A stretch of DNA of 64,000 nucleotides from Methanobacteriota archaeon (GTDB taxonomy: Archaea; Halobacteriota; Bog-38; Methanoflorentales; Methanoflorentaceae). The stretch spans positions 1,632,001-1,696,000 of the forward strand of contig OY970393.1 of assembly GCA_963720465.1 (NCBI GenBank), in the 5' to 3' direction. The notes beneath the pieces are model-generated. The model was given only the letters and a program-made list of their open reading frames with translations, did no database searches and had not been told where the DNA came from. The stretch's first letter is position 1; each line of letters starts with the position of its first letter. The position numbers were made by a program, and so were the translations under genes. Positions 20,707-31,161 of the stretch are shown piece by piece.

Positions 20707-21795
20707 CTACTGCTTTGACACGACATGCGGTAAATCATCGGACTCGATGGTGGTGGCGTCACCCCCAAGAACATCCACAAGCCAGCGCGCCTCCGTAAAA
20801 TTGCTCAGCAAGACTCGAATCAACAACGTGATCGGCACTGCAATAAGCGTACCCAGCGGCCCGAGAAGCCAGCCCCAGAAAAACACCGAAACAAGCACGA
20901 CCCACGGCGGGGTGTTGAGCCCTTTGCCTGCGTATCGAGGGAAGAGCACGTATTCGGCGATGACGTTGAGTATCACAAAAACGATGACGACTGCAATCGC
21001 CCCAATAGGTCCGTACTCTATCCACCCTAACAACGCCGGTGGAATCGTCGCCAACGCGAACCCGATGTACGGAATGAAGCTGAAGACAAAGAGCAAGACC
21101 CCCCACAGTAAGGCCAAGTCGATGCCCGCTGCGACGAGGAAGATCGTGGCGGGAATCGCCATAAAGGCGTTCACTTTAGTGCGAATGACTAAGAAGTTCC
21201 ATAGGTCTTGCCTCACCGCCAGCAACGGAGCAAATAGGGGGTTCGAGTCGACGTGGTCCGCGAGCTCTGTAGAACGGAACCTCGGAAAGGCGAGCAAGAA
21301 AAAGACGACCAATGTGATCAGGATGACCAATTGAAGGACCGCACTGCTGACGGCGCGCAGGATCGCGCCGCTCGCCTGAAGTACGAACGTGTTGCTGAGG
21401 ATATTCGCCGGTTCCAGTGTCCCGTTAAGTCCGAGGCCCGCGAGCTCGTCGCTCGCGGTTCCAAGCGCGCCAGTGTTTACGGCTGACGGAAGAATGAGGA
21501 GCTGGCGAACCGAGAGGTAAATGAGCGCGACAAAACCGCCGCCTAGCGCTAGCGTTCCTGCGATCATCACTGCCAAAGCGCGGGCCGTGGAGAGCCCCCG
21601 ATTTTCGAGACCTTGGAGCAACGGACTCGCAAGTGTCGCGAGGAAGATCGCAAGAAGAATGGGTGCTGCAATCTCGGCTGCCGCCTTTAGGCCGGCGAGG
21701 ATGATTATGACGCTTGCTGCGATGACTAGAAGGCGTGCCAGCGGCGATAGGCGCGCGCCTAGTAACTCATCTCCTTTGTCACTGGCCGTCTGCAT
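20707..21795 (-). CDS. AI-2E family transporter
   Basis: LLWGVLLFVFSFIPYIG, FWGWLLGPLGTLIAVP; RBS GGAGGTGA. Confidence 0.9.
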   Translation of the reverse strand: MQTASDKGDELLGARLSPLARLLVIAASVIIILAGLKAAAEIAAPILLAIFLATLASPLLQGLENRGLSTARALAVMIAGTLALGGGFVALIYLSVRQLLILPSAVNTGALGTASDELAGLGLNGTLEPANILSNTFVLQASGAILRAVSSAVLQLVILITLVVFFLLAFPRFRSTELADHVDSNPLFAPLLAVRQDLWNFLVIRTKVNAFMAIPATIFLVAAGIDLALLWGVLLFVFSFIPYIGFALATIPPALLGWIEYGPIGAIAVVIVFVILNVIAEYVLFPRYAGKGLNTPPWVVLVSVFFWGWLLGPLGTLIAVPITLLIRVLLSNFTEARWLVDVLGGDATTIESDDLPHVVSKQ

Positions 21796-22735
21796 TCACC
21801 TCCCTGCGTTGACGCGCCCATATTGTGTTTGTTCCGAAAGCAACGTTGCGCTGGATTAAAAACGGCGGTCGAGGAAACCCGCAGCTTTGAGGACAGTTAG
21901 TTAGTCGCTCACTTAAACTTGACGATTTTGCGCTTGCGGCGCGTGTTCGGCTTTTGCAGCCCCGTTTGCTGCTGGCGAGTCTTTGCCAGACAACGACCAG
22001 CTCTTTTAACCAAAGCGTAAAAAACGAGGGGGAAAAGGGCGCCAGAGGTTAAGCTTCCAGAGCAGGCACATCTGCACAGACATGCTCGATAGGGCGGGCG
22101 ACTCACCGTTCCCTCAGAGAACGTATCAAAGCATCTTTTGTGCACGTGCTCGGTAGGTTGTCAGTGAGTTACGCGCCAGTGATCCGAATGAACGTGCTCT
22201 GAATCGCAATGACGATGGCAATTATGCCGACAGGATATTCTTGTGCCAGTCGCCAGAGAACATTAGGCTAAGAAAGCAGAACAGAAATATCGCGACGATG
22301 AGGCGCACAAAGGAGTATTGCCAAGTGCTTACGTGCAGTCAAGTCAGGCTTGCGCGCTGCCTTCACGTCTTTAAACGCATATAAAAAGAGCAGTTGTAAG
22401 AATAGCGTATATAACGAACTTCGCCACTTTTCTTCCGGTTTTTGCAGAGGTTTCCCTCGAAGTTTCGAAAAAAGTACATATGCGCACAACCCACCTAAGG
22501 ACGTACGCTTACGGGATATGTGAAGCACTGAAAAGAAAGGGTGTGCTCGCCAGTGGCATTCTGGGTTAAGCTACGGTCCTAGTCCAGAAGCAGCGGTAAA
22601 AAACAGGTGACTAGCCATTCGCGATCAGCCTCTCCAGTGGCTTCACACCTCCCGCACTCACCGCCCGACCGCTTTAAGCGCTTCTAAAAAACGGTTCTTT
22701 TTCGTGTAACTACGCTCTTTTAGCTCTGATAGCGT

Positions 22736-22945
22736 TTACTCCATAAAGTAGTCGAGTGCCTCCGGACAGCGGACCGTCAGTTGTTCGTAGAATCTCCGCG
22801 TGAGCTCTCGCGTGCTCGTGTCGAGAGCGTGCTTGTACGCTTCGACCAGCGGGGCCGGAAGCTTTCTCTTTCGCTTCATAATCGTAACGATCGCCTTAAC
22901 GGATACGTCAACCTCCTCGACCGAACTCCAATCGCTGTTTGGCAT
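22736..22945 (-). CDS. Small hypothetical protein
   Basis: 69-aa ATG ORF downstream of alkA on the same strand. Confidence 0.5.
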   Translation of the reverse strand: MPNSDWSSVEEVDVSVKAIVTIMKRKRKLPAPLVEAYKHALDTSTRELTRRFYEQLTVRCPEALDYFME

Positions 22946-23101
22946 ACTAGCAAAGTTAATCCGTCTTCATACATAAGACCGCGTTTCCTTCCTTGTGCGG
23001 TCGCACACGCCCGCAACCCGCGCCGAAGCGTAGGGGTCGAGTTTGTCTCCATTGATCATGTGTCATACGATTATTGTGATAGAAAGGCGTCAACGCGCTC
23101 G

Positions 23102-24046
23102 TTACGTCGCGTTTTGTACTTTCGGCGCGATGTTGAGAAGTCCTGCGACCACCAGATAGTAGCCGGCTAAGCCTTTCCATTTGCCCCACTGCTCCGCAAT
23201 GCTCCTAGCCTGTGCGCTTGTGATCGTTTTTTCGCTGCAGTAGTAATGGGCAATCCATCTTCGCAATCCAAGATCATCAGCTGGAATGACGTCTAGTCGA
23301 CTAAGGCCGCGTATAGCGGTGAGTTCGGCAGTCCACAAGCCCACTCCGCGCAATGAGCGCAAGCTATCTAGGATCGTCTGCGTCTCTCCGAACCCTCTAA
23401 GTTGTTCCAAGTCGACTGATTGCGCGGCGATGCGTGCGGCGATGCCAGTAATGTACTCTGCCTTCATTCGGCTCAATCCGCAGCGTCGTAGGCTGTCAAC
23501 CGAAGCGAGTGCCATTCGCTCTGGAGCTGGAAATGCGTAATATGTATTCCCATCCACGATCAAAACGTCGCCAAACGCCTTTATCACGCGTCGCTGAAGA
23601 ACGTGCGCCACGTTGAGTGAGATCTGTTGTTCGATAATCGAATCGGAGAGCGCCTCAAAGACTGTCGCAGTCGCCGGATGTTTCAGCCCGCGGAGCCTTC
23701 CACTGAGCTCAGCCATGACAGGGTCATTCCGGATCGCATGATAAAACGGTTTGACATCGAGATATGCGTTAAACACGGAACTCATGACAGCGTGTGCCTC
23801 AGTTGCATCGCGATCAGTGAGCGAACGATCACTCGTCAAGGTTACATGCAGTTGTGGGGAGTCTATGGATCCTACAGGGGCGACGGTTGCAAGCAGTAAA
23901 TTACCGCCGACCCGCACCACTTGTCGATATGCAGTCCCGTCGTATTTTGCAATTTGAGGGTCGCCATCAGCGAGAATATATGCGCTCAATGCGAAATCAA
24001 ACGGGGGCGTGCAGTCAATGGTGAGGATTCGCGTTTGTTCCGGCAT
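23102..24046 (-). CDS. alkA: DNA-3-methyladenine glycosylase II (HhH-GPD)
   Basis: IIEQQIS, LRGVGLWTAE HhH, PADDLG. Confidence 0.88.
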   Translation of the reverse strand: MPEQTRILTIDCTPPFDFALSAYILADGDPQIAKYDGTAYRQVVRVGGNLLLATVAPVGSIDSPQLHVTLTSDRSLTDRDATEAHAVMSSVFNAYLDVKPFYHAIRNDPVMAELSGRLRGLKHPATATVFEALSDSIIEQQISLNVAHVLQRRVIKAFGDVLIVDGNTYYAFPAPERMALASVDSLRRCGLSRMKAEYITGIAARIAAQSVDLEQLRGFGETQTILDSLRSLRGVGLWTAELTAIRGLSRLDVIPADDLGLRRWIAHYYCSEKTITSAQARSIAEQWGKWKGLAGYYLVVAGLLNIAPKVQNAT

Positions 24047-24112
24047 GTCTCACTCTCGATAATGTTCCGCTAAATGGACACAAGTCGCCTCTTCGGTTGG
24101 TTTTGCGAGATT

Positions 24113-24847
24113 TCAGGTCTGCTCTGCTAAGACCACCGTGATGTTGTCAAAGCCGCCCCCGCCTCGTGCGAGCTGAATGAGTCGTGCGCACTTGCTTTGC
24201 AGCGCGCTGGCCTTTTCTGAAACCACCGCGTAGATCGTTTGATCTACGATCGCATCAGTAAGCCCATCGGTGCAGAGCAGCACGTAATCCCCTCGGTTCC
24301 AGGAAGAAGAACCAAGCTCCACGTTCGTGAGGACGTCAATGCCAAGCGCTCGAGTAATTATGTGTCGATACGGGTGTTCTCGCGCTTCTTCAGGACTGAT
24401 GCGGCCTGCGGCGACCAGTTCTGCTACCAGCGAATGATCTCTCGTCAGATGCGTAATTCCACTTAGAGTTATCAGGTAGCCGCGACTGTCTCCAACGTGA
24501 GCTGCAAAAACGCGGTCGTTGGTCAAGAGGCACGCGACAACGGTCGTTGACATGCCTGCCAGTGACCGGTCTTCGCGACCCTGCTGATAGATGACATCGT
24601 TTGCCAGCGTCACGGCGTGGTCGAGGGTCGAGAGGGGGCTCCCCTCACCGATGTGCGACGTTACGTAGCCTTCAATCTGCTCAACGGCCAAATTACTTGC
24701 TATTTCGCCTGCCGGTTCGCCTCCGACGCCATCTGCTACCGCGATAAATCTTAGACGCTCATTTACGCGAAACGCATCTTCGTTTTTTTCTCTTCTGTTT
24801 CCCTTGTCGGTCTGAGCTGCGATTTTCAGGTCATCCACCTTCGCCAT
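24113..24847 (-). CDS. PP2C-type Ser/Thr protein phosphatase (Stp1/PrpC-like)
   Basis: REKNED, VADGVGG, HVGDSR, DHS, LLCTDGL, DNITVV. Confidence 0.92.
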   Translation of the reverse strand: MAKVDDLKIAAQTDKGNRREKNEDAFRVNERLRFIAVADGVGGEPAGEIASNLAVEQIEGYVTSHIGEGSPLSTLDHAVTLANDVIYQQGREDRSLAGMSTTVVACLLTNDRVFAAHVGDSRGYLITLSGITHLTRDHSLVAELVAAGRISPEEAREHPYRHIITRALGIDVLTNVELGSSSWNRGDYVLLCTDGLTDAIVDQTIYAVVSEKASALQSKCARLIQLARGGGGFDNITVVLAEQT

Positions 24848-25198
24848 GTTGTTTGGCCTACTTCAGTTGTCTCACACAATAGAGTGTATACATAAAAGTA
24901 TTCTTACTCTCTGGCGCCTCTCTGACAGCATCCGCCTGACGTGTGGTTTGTTTGTCTGTTGAAATTATGCCGTAGTTTTTATGCTTGAATCCTCTGGGCC
25001 TTTCTAAATGCCGGGCGCTCAGCTCGCGCGCTAACGCGTGACTCGTTGGATCGCGCACGTCGCAACTCCTCGTCTCGCACACATCAGATAGGAACGCTTT
25101 AATCTTTGAGCCTCATTACAGACAAGACAATTGGAGAGAGCGAATACGATATAGGCGGCAAGGTCCCAAGGTGATGAACTTATGGTCAGGCACATAGA

Positions 25199-26926
25199 TT
25201 GCTGCGTAATCTGGAGCACGCGCGAGCGGAGGTCATTCGGATGAATGAAGTTAACGCCGACAACGTGACGCTTGACGATGGAACGCTGGAACACATTGCT
25301 AACGCGCTGTGGATGAGCGCATACGACCCTACCCGCATTCCTGAGAGCATTGCTGAAAAGATATTCAGCAAGAACAACAGCAGCGTTGCGTTCGGGAGCA
25401 GAATGCGCACGTATTTGGACTGGCTAATCGCCCACCCACAATCGCATAACCCGAACTACAAACGACGCTATGAAAAATTAAAAGCCCATTGCTCCAAACT
25501 GACTGCACATCAGGCGTACGTAATTACGAGCAAGTTTCTCGGCCTGAACGCGAGTCAGGGATTCGAGCCGATGTCAAAAGCAGCGGATCTGCAGTTCCCT
25601 CGTGACCACTTGCCGCAGCTTAGAACGTCTGTTGGTTGGCATTTCTTCGTCGGTAGCTGTTGGGATGAGGTGGGCAGCGAATACGGCGTGGAATGCATGT
25701 TCTTCCGCGTAGCGCTGCTACCGCCGGGCTTGGCTGCAGAGCTCGGTCTAAGCGACGTCGAGAACCAAGTCGTCGAGCTACAACTCGGCATAAGCGAGGC
25801 GGGCGGTCGGCACTACCAAGCGGATCCGGTCGTTATCGCGGGCACAACCGGCCTCATCAGCTGCGGTCTCGACCCATTTCGTTACGAGCTCGGGAAAAAT
25901 CGGATTGCGAGTGTCCGAAAAGAGTCGTTCTGGCCCCTCACCGTCGAAGCGTGGGGTCTGCAGAAGGCGGCCGAAGGGCCAGTGGAGCTCTCAATTAACC
26001 TGACGTTTGATGCAGGCAAGGAATACCTGTGCCAGGGCGACAACGGCTGCATGCCGTGCGTGGACGGTATGGGTACCCTTTATTATTCAATTCCAAATAT
26101 CACCCTAGCCCAAGGCAGCGAGTTGAGCCTTAATTCGAGGACGATTCCGCTTGATAAAGGGCTCTTCTGGTTTGATCACCAGTGGGGCTTCCTCCTAGGA
26201 AATCCGCGTTCTGCAGTCCTGCGTGCTGCAAACAATACGAAAAAACCAGACCCTCCCGGCTGGGACTGGTTTATGGCGCAATTTGGGGCCGATCGCCAGC
26301 TAACGATGTTTGCCGCGCACCGCAGCGAGTACGCGTCGTACTACTTTCGAACCGGACCGGAGCCCCCGGGCACGATGCGGGTCGCTACCGCCGGAAAATA
26401 CATGAACGAGCACAAAGAGCTGGTTAACACGGGGGGAACGCTCACGATCAGCGAGTGGGTCAAAGGGGAGCTATCGCCAAACCCGTCCCTGTACCCCGTG
26501 ACCCATACGTGGCACCCAAACAAATGGGAATTCGCGTTTGATACCAATCTGCCCGAAGATCTCCGTTGTTTCACGATGACGCCGATCGTCGATTCTGGGC
26601 AGACGAACTTCTTTGCGAACGGGTCGCAGTATTCCGAAGGCGCCGTCTATATACGGGGGAGCAATGAGGCCGATATCGGTCGCGGATTCGCTGAGTCAGT
26701 GGAGTACGCTGATACGGCCGGTGCGATGTTTTCGATAGCGGGTATTGACGACGTGCGCTTGCAGCGACTCATACGCCAAACGTCGAGTTCTTGGCCACGC
26801 CGTTTTTGGAGCCTCCTCTACGTTTTTGCGCATCGATCGCAACTTAAAGCAGTGCTTGCGTCGCAGAAAGGACTGGAGTTCTTCGCAAAACCAAGCCCTT
26901 CCCAAACACAAACGCCCCGGCATTGA
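25199..26926 (+). CDS. AttH/CrtC-like lipocalin-domain protein with an N-terminal extension
   Basis: FPRDH...GWHFFVG, YYSIP, WFDHQWG, GWDWF, YSEGAV, GRGFAE. Confidence 0.75.
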   Translation: MLRNLEHARAEVIRMNEVNADNVTLDDGTLEHIANALWMSAYDPTRIPESIAEKIFSKNNSSVAFGSRMRTYLDWLIAHPQSHNPNYKRRYEKLKAHCSKLTAHQAYVITSKFLGLNASQGFEPMSKAADLQFPRDHLPQLRTSVGWHFFVGSCWDEVGSEYGVECMFFRVALLPPGLAAELGLSDVENQVVELQLGISEAGGRHYQADPVVIAGTTGLISCGLDPFRYELGKNRIASVRKESFWPLTVEAWGLQKAAEGPVELSINLTFDAGKEYLCQGDNGCMPCVDGMGTLYYSIPNITLAQGSELSLNSRTIPLDKGLFWFDHQWGFLLGNPRSAVLRAANNTKKPDPPGWDWFMAQFGADRQLTMFAAHRSEYASYYFRTGPEPPGTMRVATAGKYMNEHKELVNTGGTLTISEWVKGELSPNPSLYPVTHTWHPNKWEFAFDTNLPEDLRCFTMTPIVDSGQTNFFANGSQYSEGAVYIRGSNEADIGRGFAESVEYADTAGAMFSIAGIDDVRLQRLIRQTSSSWPRRFWSLLYVFAHRSQLKAVLASQKGLEFFAKPSPSQTQTPRH

Positions 26927-26992
26927 TCACATGCGAAGCAAAGTACTGAGGTCAGCGAGGTTAAGAAGCAAGCTTAAAAAAGGAAGAGATGA

Positions 26993-27436
26993 ATGCACGT
27001 CGTTAACATCTTAGTCGGATCCGACGGTACGTCGCTTATGGAGGCGGTCTTTGATCAATGTGCCTATCTGGCGCAGCTGACGGGAGCGATGGTCCACGTC
27101 GCGCACGTTTTAGACATGACAGTCTTTGGTGCCCGGCCGGTTGACGCCTCGTGGGAAGAAACGTACGTAATTATCAAATCGGAAGCGAGGCGGATTCTCG
27201 ACGCAGCGCGAGAGGCCCTGACAAAGAGGGGGGTAGCCGAAGCCACAATCATAGACGTTTTGCTTGAGGGGCACCCAGCCGAAGAACTCAACGCGTACGC
27301 GAGGAGCCACGCGATCGATCTCATCCTCGTCGGAACATATGGGAGAAAAGGCTTAGATCGATTGCTCATTGGCAATGTGGCTGACAAGGTTATCCGAACG
27401 GCTTCGGTTCCCGTAATGGTCGTGCACGGCGCATAG
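26993..27436 (+). CDS. Universal stress protein
   Basis: ILVGSDG, GHPAEE, GTYGRKGLDRLLIGNVADKV. Confidence 0.9.
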   Translation: MHVVNILVGSDGTSLMEAVFDQCAYLAQLTGAMVHVAHVLDMTVFGARPVDASWEETYVIIKSEARRILDAAREALTKRGVAEATIIDVLLEGHPAEELNAYARSHAIDLILVGTYGRKGLDRLLIGNVADKVIRTASVPVMVVHGA

Positions 27437-28039
27437 ACGTGCGTTCTCGAGAATAGCAGCTTTGCGGTTTTGTGACTCTTTACGTTGTAGTGAAGTTTCG
27501 GGCGGCGAGCTATGTATGCGTCCCATTATCCGCGCAGCTAGGTCGAACGCGCGTATTCCACACTTTGCGACGCATATAGTTCGCACAAGAACTTCATCCA
27601 GTATCGTATGATAAATATTATTGGATAATTATATTAAATATGAATGTCATTATAGCACATGTTAATGGGCACTACCTCGGTCGGGGCGTAGCGTGCACAT
27701 GTGTTGCACGGTTGCCTCGTTTCCTTACACCTGCCTGCTTCTTGCTTGATTCACCTCCCTAGCTACAAGGCAAGGTCTAGAAACACCGCGCCCCGCAACT
27801 TTTGCCCATTAGCCCCCCTTTTTATAGTTCGGGAAACGACATTCGCGAATGGTTGTCGCCCACGAGATCAATGTGCGCGCAACCTGTCAAGCGAGTGAGC
27901 GCCTTCGTCAATCAAACACGGCACTCTAAATCGTTTTCGTAACTCGGAACACAGGACGATGCCAGAAACGCGCGTCGCCAAAGGATCCGTCGCCGCCGTC
28001 CGGTGCAACATCTATAAAAGCGGCAACGTGCCGTTAAGA

Positions 28040-28789
28040 CTAGCTACGCTCGAGTTGGAGCCGTGAACGTAGCACCCACCCTGCGTTCATTCGCTCGAGC
28101 CGTTTCTTTTTCAGATTCTCCCTCATTATCCAGCGTATGTCCCTGTCCGCACTCGAAAACCAGTGTTCCATCAAAGGCATCCCCGTGGCGGGATTCGCAG
28201 CGACCGCCACGCTCCAACAGTATCCCATGCTCTTCTTTAGGGCCATGAACTCGTCGGTATTGCGATCGTTCGAACTCGAAATCGACGCCGTAATCCGATC
28301 TAGCAGTGCGAGCGTCTGTTTTGCGTATTCTTTCTGCTTCAGTAACCGAGGCTCGCAAAGCGAAGCGGCTGCCGCTCGCATCTCAAGGAAGTTGCCCCGA
28401 CTCCAACGCTCCATTTCGCTGAGAAGCCGGCTCATATCGGTGTCGCCGAGGCGTTGAAGGGCCATCGCCACGCCCTCGCGGACGCGCCATCGTGAATCAG
28501 AAGCACATTCTCGGAGCGTTTCGAGGACGCTGCAATCCCCTTGCGCGAGCAGTCGCCCCAGCCCCACCGCACCGCATACGGCTAGGAACTCGCCTGGTGT
28601 GTTGGCCGGGAATCTCTCTGCGTCAAACGTCAAAAAGTGTCTAAACTGGGTTTCAGTCCCCTCATTGGCAACCATGCTAGCCAACTCTAGATTTGCTCGG
28701 GGGCCTGGCAATCTCGACTCTCTTAGCAAGAAGTCATCCCAGTCAGCTAGTGAACGCAGTGTCGTGCGATGGTCCTCGGTCTTGCTCAC
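28040..28789 (-). CDS. HEAT-repeat / DNA-alkylation-repair-like protein
   Basis: SRLPGPRANLEL, DSRWRVREGVAMALQ, WIMRENLKKKRL. Confidence 0.75.
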   Translation of the reverse strand: MSKTEDHRTTLRSLADWDDFLLRESRLPGPRANLELASMVANEGTETQFRHFLTFDAERFPANTPGEFLAVCGAVGLGRLLAQGDCSVLETLRECASDSRWRVREGVAMALQRLGDTDMSRLLSEMERWSRGNFLEMRAAAASLCEPRLLKQKEYAKQTLALLDRITASISSSNDRNTDEFMALKKSMGYCWSVAVAANPATGMPLMEHWFSSADRDIRWIMRENLKKKRLERMNAGWVLRSRLQLERS

Positions 28790-28935
28790 ACGGATCCCCG
28801 TTCAAGAATGCCGAAAGCGTCTATTAGTAGTCAGCGGTGAGCCAGACATTGTGGGACCGGCAAGTTAAAATTTGTCTTACAATGCATGTAGATTTGTGGA
28901 ATGGAAGAAAGATAGTGTAATGATGAGGCAGCGGG

Positions 28936-29472
28936 ATGGATGCAAAGAAAAAACTGTGCACGTATTGTAAGTTGATTCTCCCGGGCGAGTTTCAATATTG
29001 CCCCATGTGCGGAGAACCCGTCACGGATGGTGCCCCTCCTGCCTACGCGCCACCTTACGAACCGCCGCAGGAGGATGACAATCCGCTATTGCTAGAACGA
29101 CTAACTGGCGCGCTTTCGGGCAGGACACTCCTCATTATAGGTGCAGTCGTCGTCGTGCTTCTGCTTATAGCAGGCGCAGTCGTCCTTAGTCAAAGACCCC
29201 AATCCAACCCGATACCTGTCTCTTCAGCGACTCCGACGCCATCCCCGAGTCCCACACCGACGCTGTCCCCCACACCAACGCCGACCTTCGTCCCCACACC
29301 GACTCCGAGCCCCTCGCCGACCTTCGTCCCCACACCGACTCCGAGCCCCTCGCCGACCCCCACACCAACGCCGACCTTCGTCCCCACACCGACTCCGAGC
29401 CCCTCGCCGACCTTCGTCCCCACACCGACTCCGAGCCCCTCGCCGACCACCGTTATCCGCATAATCAGGTAA
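28936..29472 (+). CDS. Zinc-ribbon + TM + Pro/Thr-repeat surface protein
   Basis: CTYC..CPMCG, one TM helix, then (PT)n repeats. Confidence 0.8.
   Translation: MDAKKKLCTYCKLILPGEFQYCPMCGEPVTDGAPPAYAPPYEPPQEDDNPLLLERLTGALSGRTLLIIGAVVVVLLLIAGAVVLSQRPQSNPIPVSSATPTPSPSPTPTLSPTPTPTFVPTPTPSPSPTFVPTPTPSPSPTPTPTPTFVPTPTPSPSPTFVPTPTPSPSPTTVIRIIR
29281..29447 (+). repeat. Coding tandem repeat: 36-bp unit x4 within a 90-bp higher-order duplication
   Basis: CCGACCTTCGTCCCCACACCGACTCCGAGCCCCTCG at 29281, 29317, 29371 and 29407. Confidence 0.95.
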
Positions 29473-29577
29473 GCGAGTCGCGGCTTCGCTGGTACTAGAA
29501 TGGCTCGGTTTGACGCGCTTCGCACTGCAGGCGCCGCTGAGCACCCTGCTTCTGACAGACGATGTGGGCGCTGGCGC

Positions 29578-29946
29578 TTATGAAAAAGGTTTTGCAGGCG
29601 CAGTGATGGCCAGCACGTGATCAATCATCTTGAGCAAGTTTTCGACGCGCTGGCGCCGTTCGAGCGCCCCCTCTCGGAGAGTCTGCCTTCCGTGCTCGGT
29701 GATTTCGTAAACGATCTTTTCGCGCCCCCCAGTCGGCTCCTCAGCGCGGACGTCGCCCGCCTCTTTCAGTTCGTGAAGACGCGGGTAGACATTGCCGGCA
29801 GTCGCCCGGAAGTGCCCACGACTGCGTTCCTTTATGAGTTGCGCCAGTTCGTAGCCGCTCATGGGGCCTTCGGTGAGCAGAAAGTAGAGCACGAAGAGCG
29901 AGTACACTTTAAGGGCGTGCCGCTCAAGCGGTTCTCGTTCGATCAT
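29578..29946 (-). CDS. PadR family transcriptional regulator
   Basis: GPMSGYEL, AGNVYPRLHEL, YEITEHG. Confidence 0.9.
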   Translation of the reverse strand: MIEREPLERHALKVYSLFVLYFLLTEGPMSGYELAQLIKERSRGHFRATAGNVYPRLHELKEAGDVRAEEPTGGREKIVYEITEHGRQTLREGALERRQRVENLLKMIDHVLAITAPAKPFS

Positions 29947-30089
29947 TATTCAAGCATGCGTCATTTTTTATATATAACATTTGCTGATATATCAGACTGA
30001 TATACAAAGCTATCGCTCAATATGCTGCATAACGGTTATTAGAGCGGTCTAGACGAATATTAAGAGGCAAAGCATAAGCCAGAAATTTG

Positions 30090-30447
30090 CTCTAGTGGCA
30101 TCGGCTTTATGATGGTGTTGGTAATAAACATCATTATTCAATCTGTGTGCAAGGGGGGAACCGGTATCGCGACGGCGATGAACACACTGTTCAGAACTGC
30201 TAGTGGTGTATTGGGACCGACCATAGCAGGCGCCCCCCTCGCAGAGTGCGACTCGCCGCTCGTGATTCAGACGCCACGAGGTCCAATCCCCTGCCCACTC
30301 TTACCGAATGCAACGGCGTTTGACGACGTCTTCTTCACTGCGCCTTGCATCTCATTCGTGGGGGTGGTTGTGACGCTATTCGTTACGAGCCGAGTGGCAG
30401 AGATAGAGGCGTATGAGCCTGTCAAAGAGGCAGCTGCAGCCGTATGA
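30090..30447 (+). pseudogene. C-terminal remnant of an MFS transporter
   Basis: TGIATAMNTLFRTASGVLGPTIAG matches last-helix MFS motifs. The rest of the gene is absent; it lies divergent from PadR. Confidence 0.65.
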
Positions 30448-30905
30448 TCGTTGGTGATACGATGGAATACAAAAACATCCTGATCGGAACCGATGGTGGG
30501 GACCTGATGACCCCCGTGTATGACAACGCGGCCTATCTCGCGCGACTGACCGATGCGACCGTCCACATCGCGTACGTGCTCGACGTCGCTGGGTTTACCG
30601 CCTACCCCGTCGACTCATCGTGGGAAAACATGTACGACGTGCTCCTCGTTGAGGGAAAAAACATTGTCGCGAACGCCAAAAAAGACCTGGCGTCGCGCGG
30701 CGTAAATGAAGACCGGATCCTTACCACAGTGCTCGACGGACACCCCGCAGAAGAACTGGACACGTACGCCGGGAGCCATGATATTGACCTCATTGTCATC
30801 GGATCACACGGGCGAAAAGGTTTAGACCGTCTACTGATCGGCAGTGTGGCTGACAAGGTCGTGCGGGGCGCTAAGGTTCCGGTGCTGATAATCAGGAGTC
30901 GGTAG
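30444..30905 (+). CDS. Universal stress protein
   Basis: YKNILIGTDG, GSHGRKGLDRLLIGSVADKVV; paralog of 26993. Confidence 0.92.
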   Translation: MIVGDTMEYKNILIGTDGGDLMTPVYDNAAYLARLTDATVHIAYVLDVAGFTAYPVDSSWENMYDVLLVEGKNIVANAKKDLASRGVNEDRILTTVLDGHPAEELDTYAGSHDIDLIVIGSHGRKGLDRLLIGSVADKVVRGAKVPVLIIRSR

Positions 30906-31161
30906 AGCCCCGTCCAACGTTCGCGCAAACGAGCGCCGCCCTCTGCTAGCCATCGTATTAAACGCTGGGCGCGGAGGGGACCCGTCGGTCCCTGTTCGTC
31001 GGTTTGGCGTTTCGGTTTTGGCTTGCGCGACAGGGCTTTTTAGCCTGAGCCTGTAGACACCAAATGGGCAACTGAGTCAGAGCTCCGATTTGGCCTTTTA
31101 GCCAAGCCTGTCGCACCGCGCGCCGCTATTATTAAGCACTTCAGGCCATATTGATTATGCG

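Noticed and set aside
31025-31115. Imperfect direct and inverted repeats upstream of lig
   Set aside because: Short and imperfect, with no second locus or covariation evidence.
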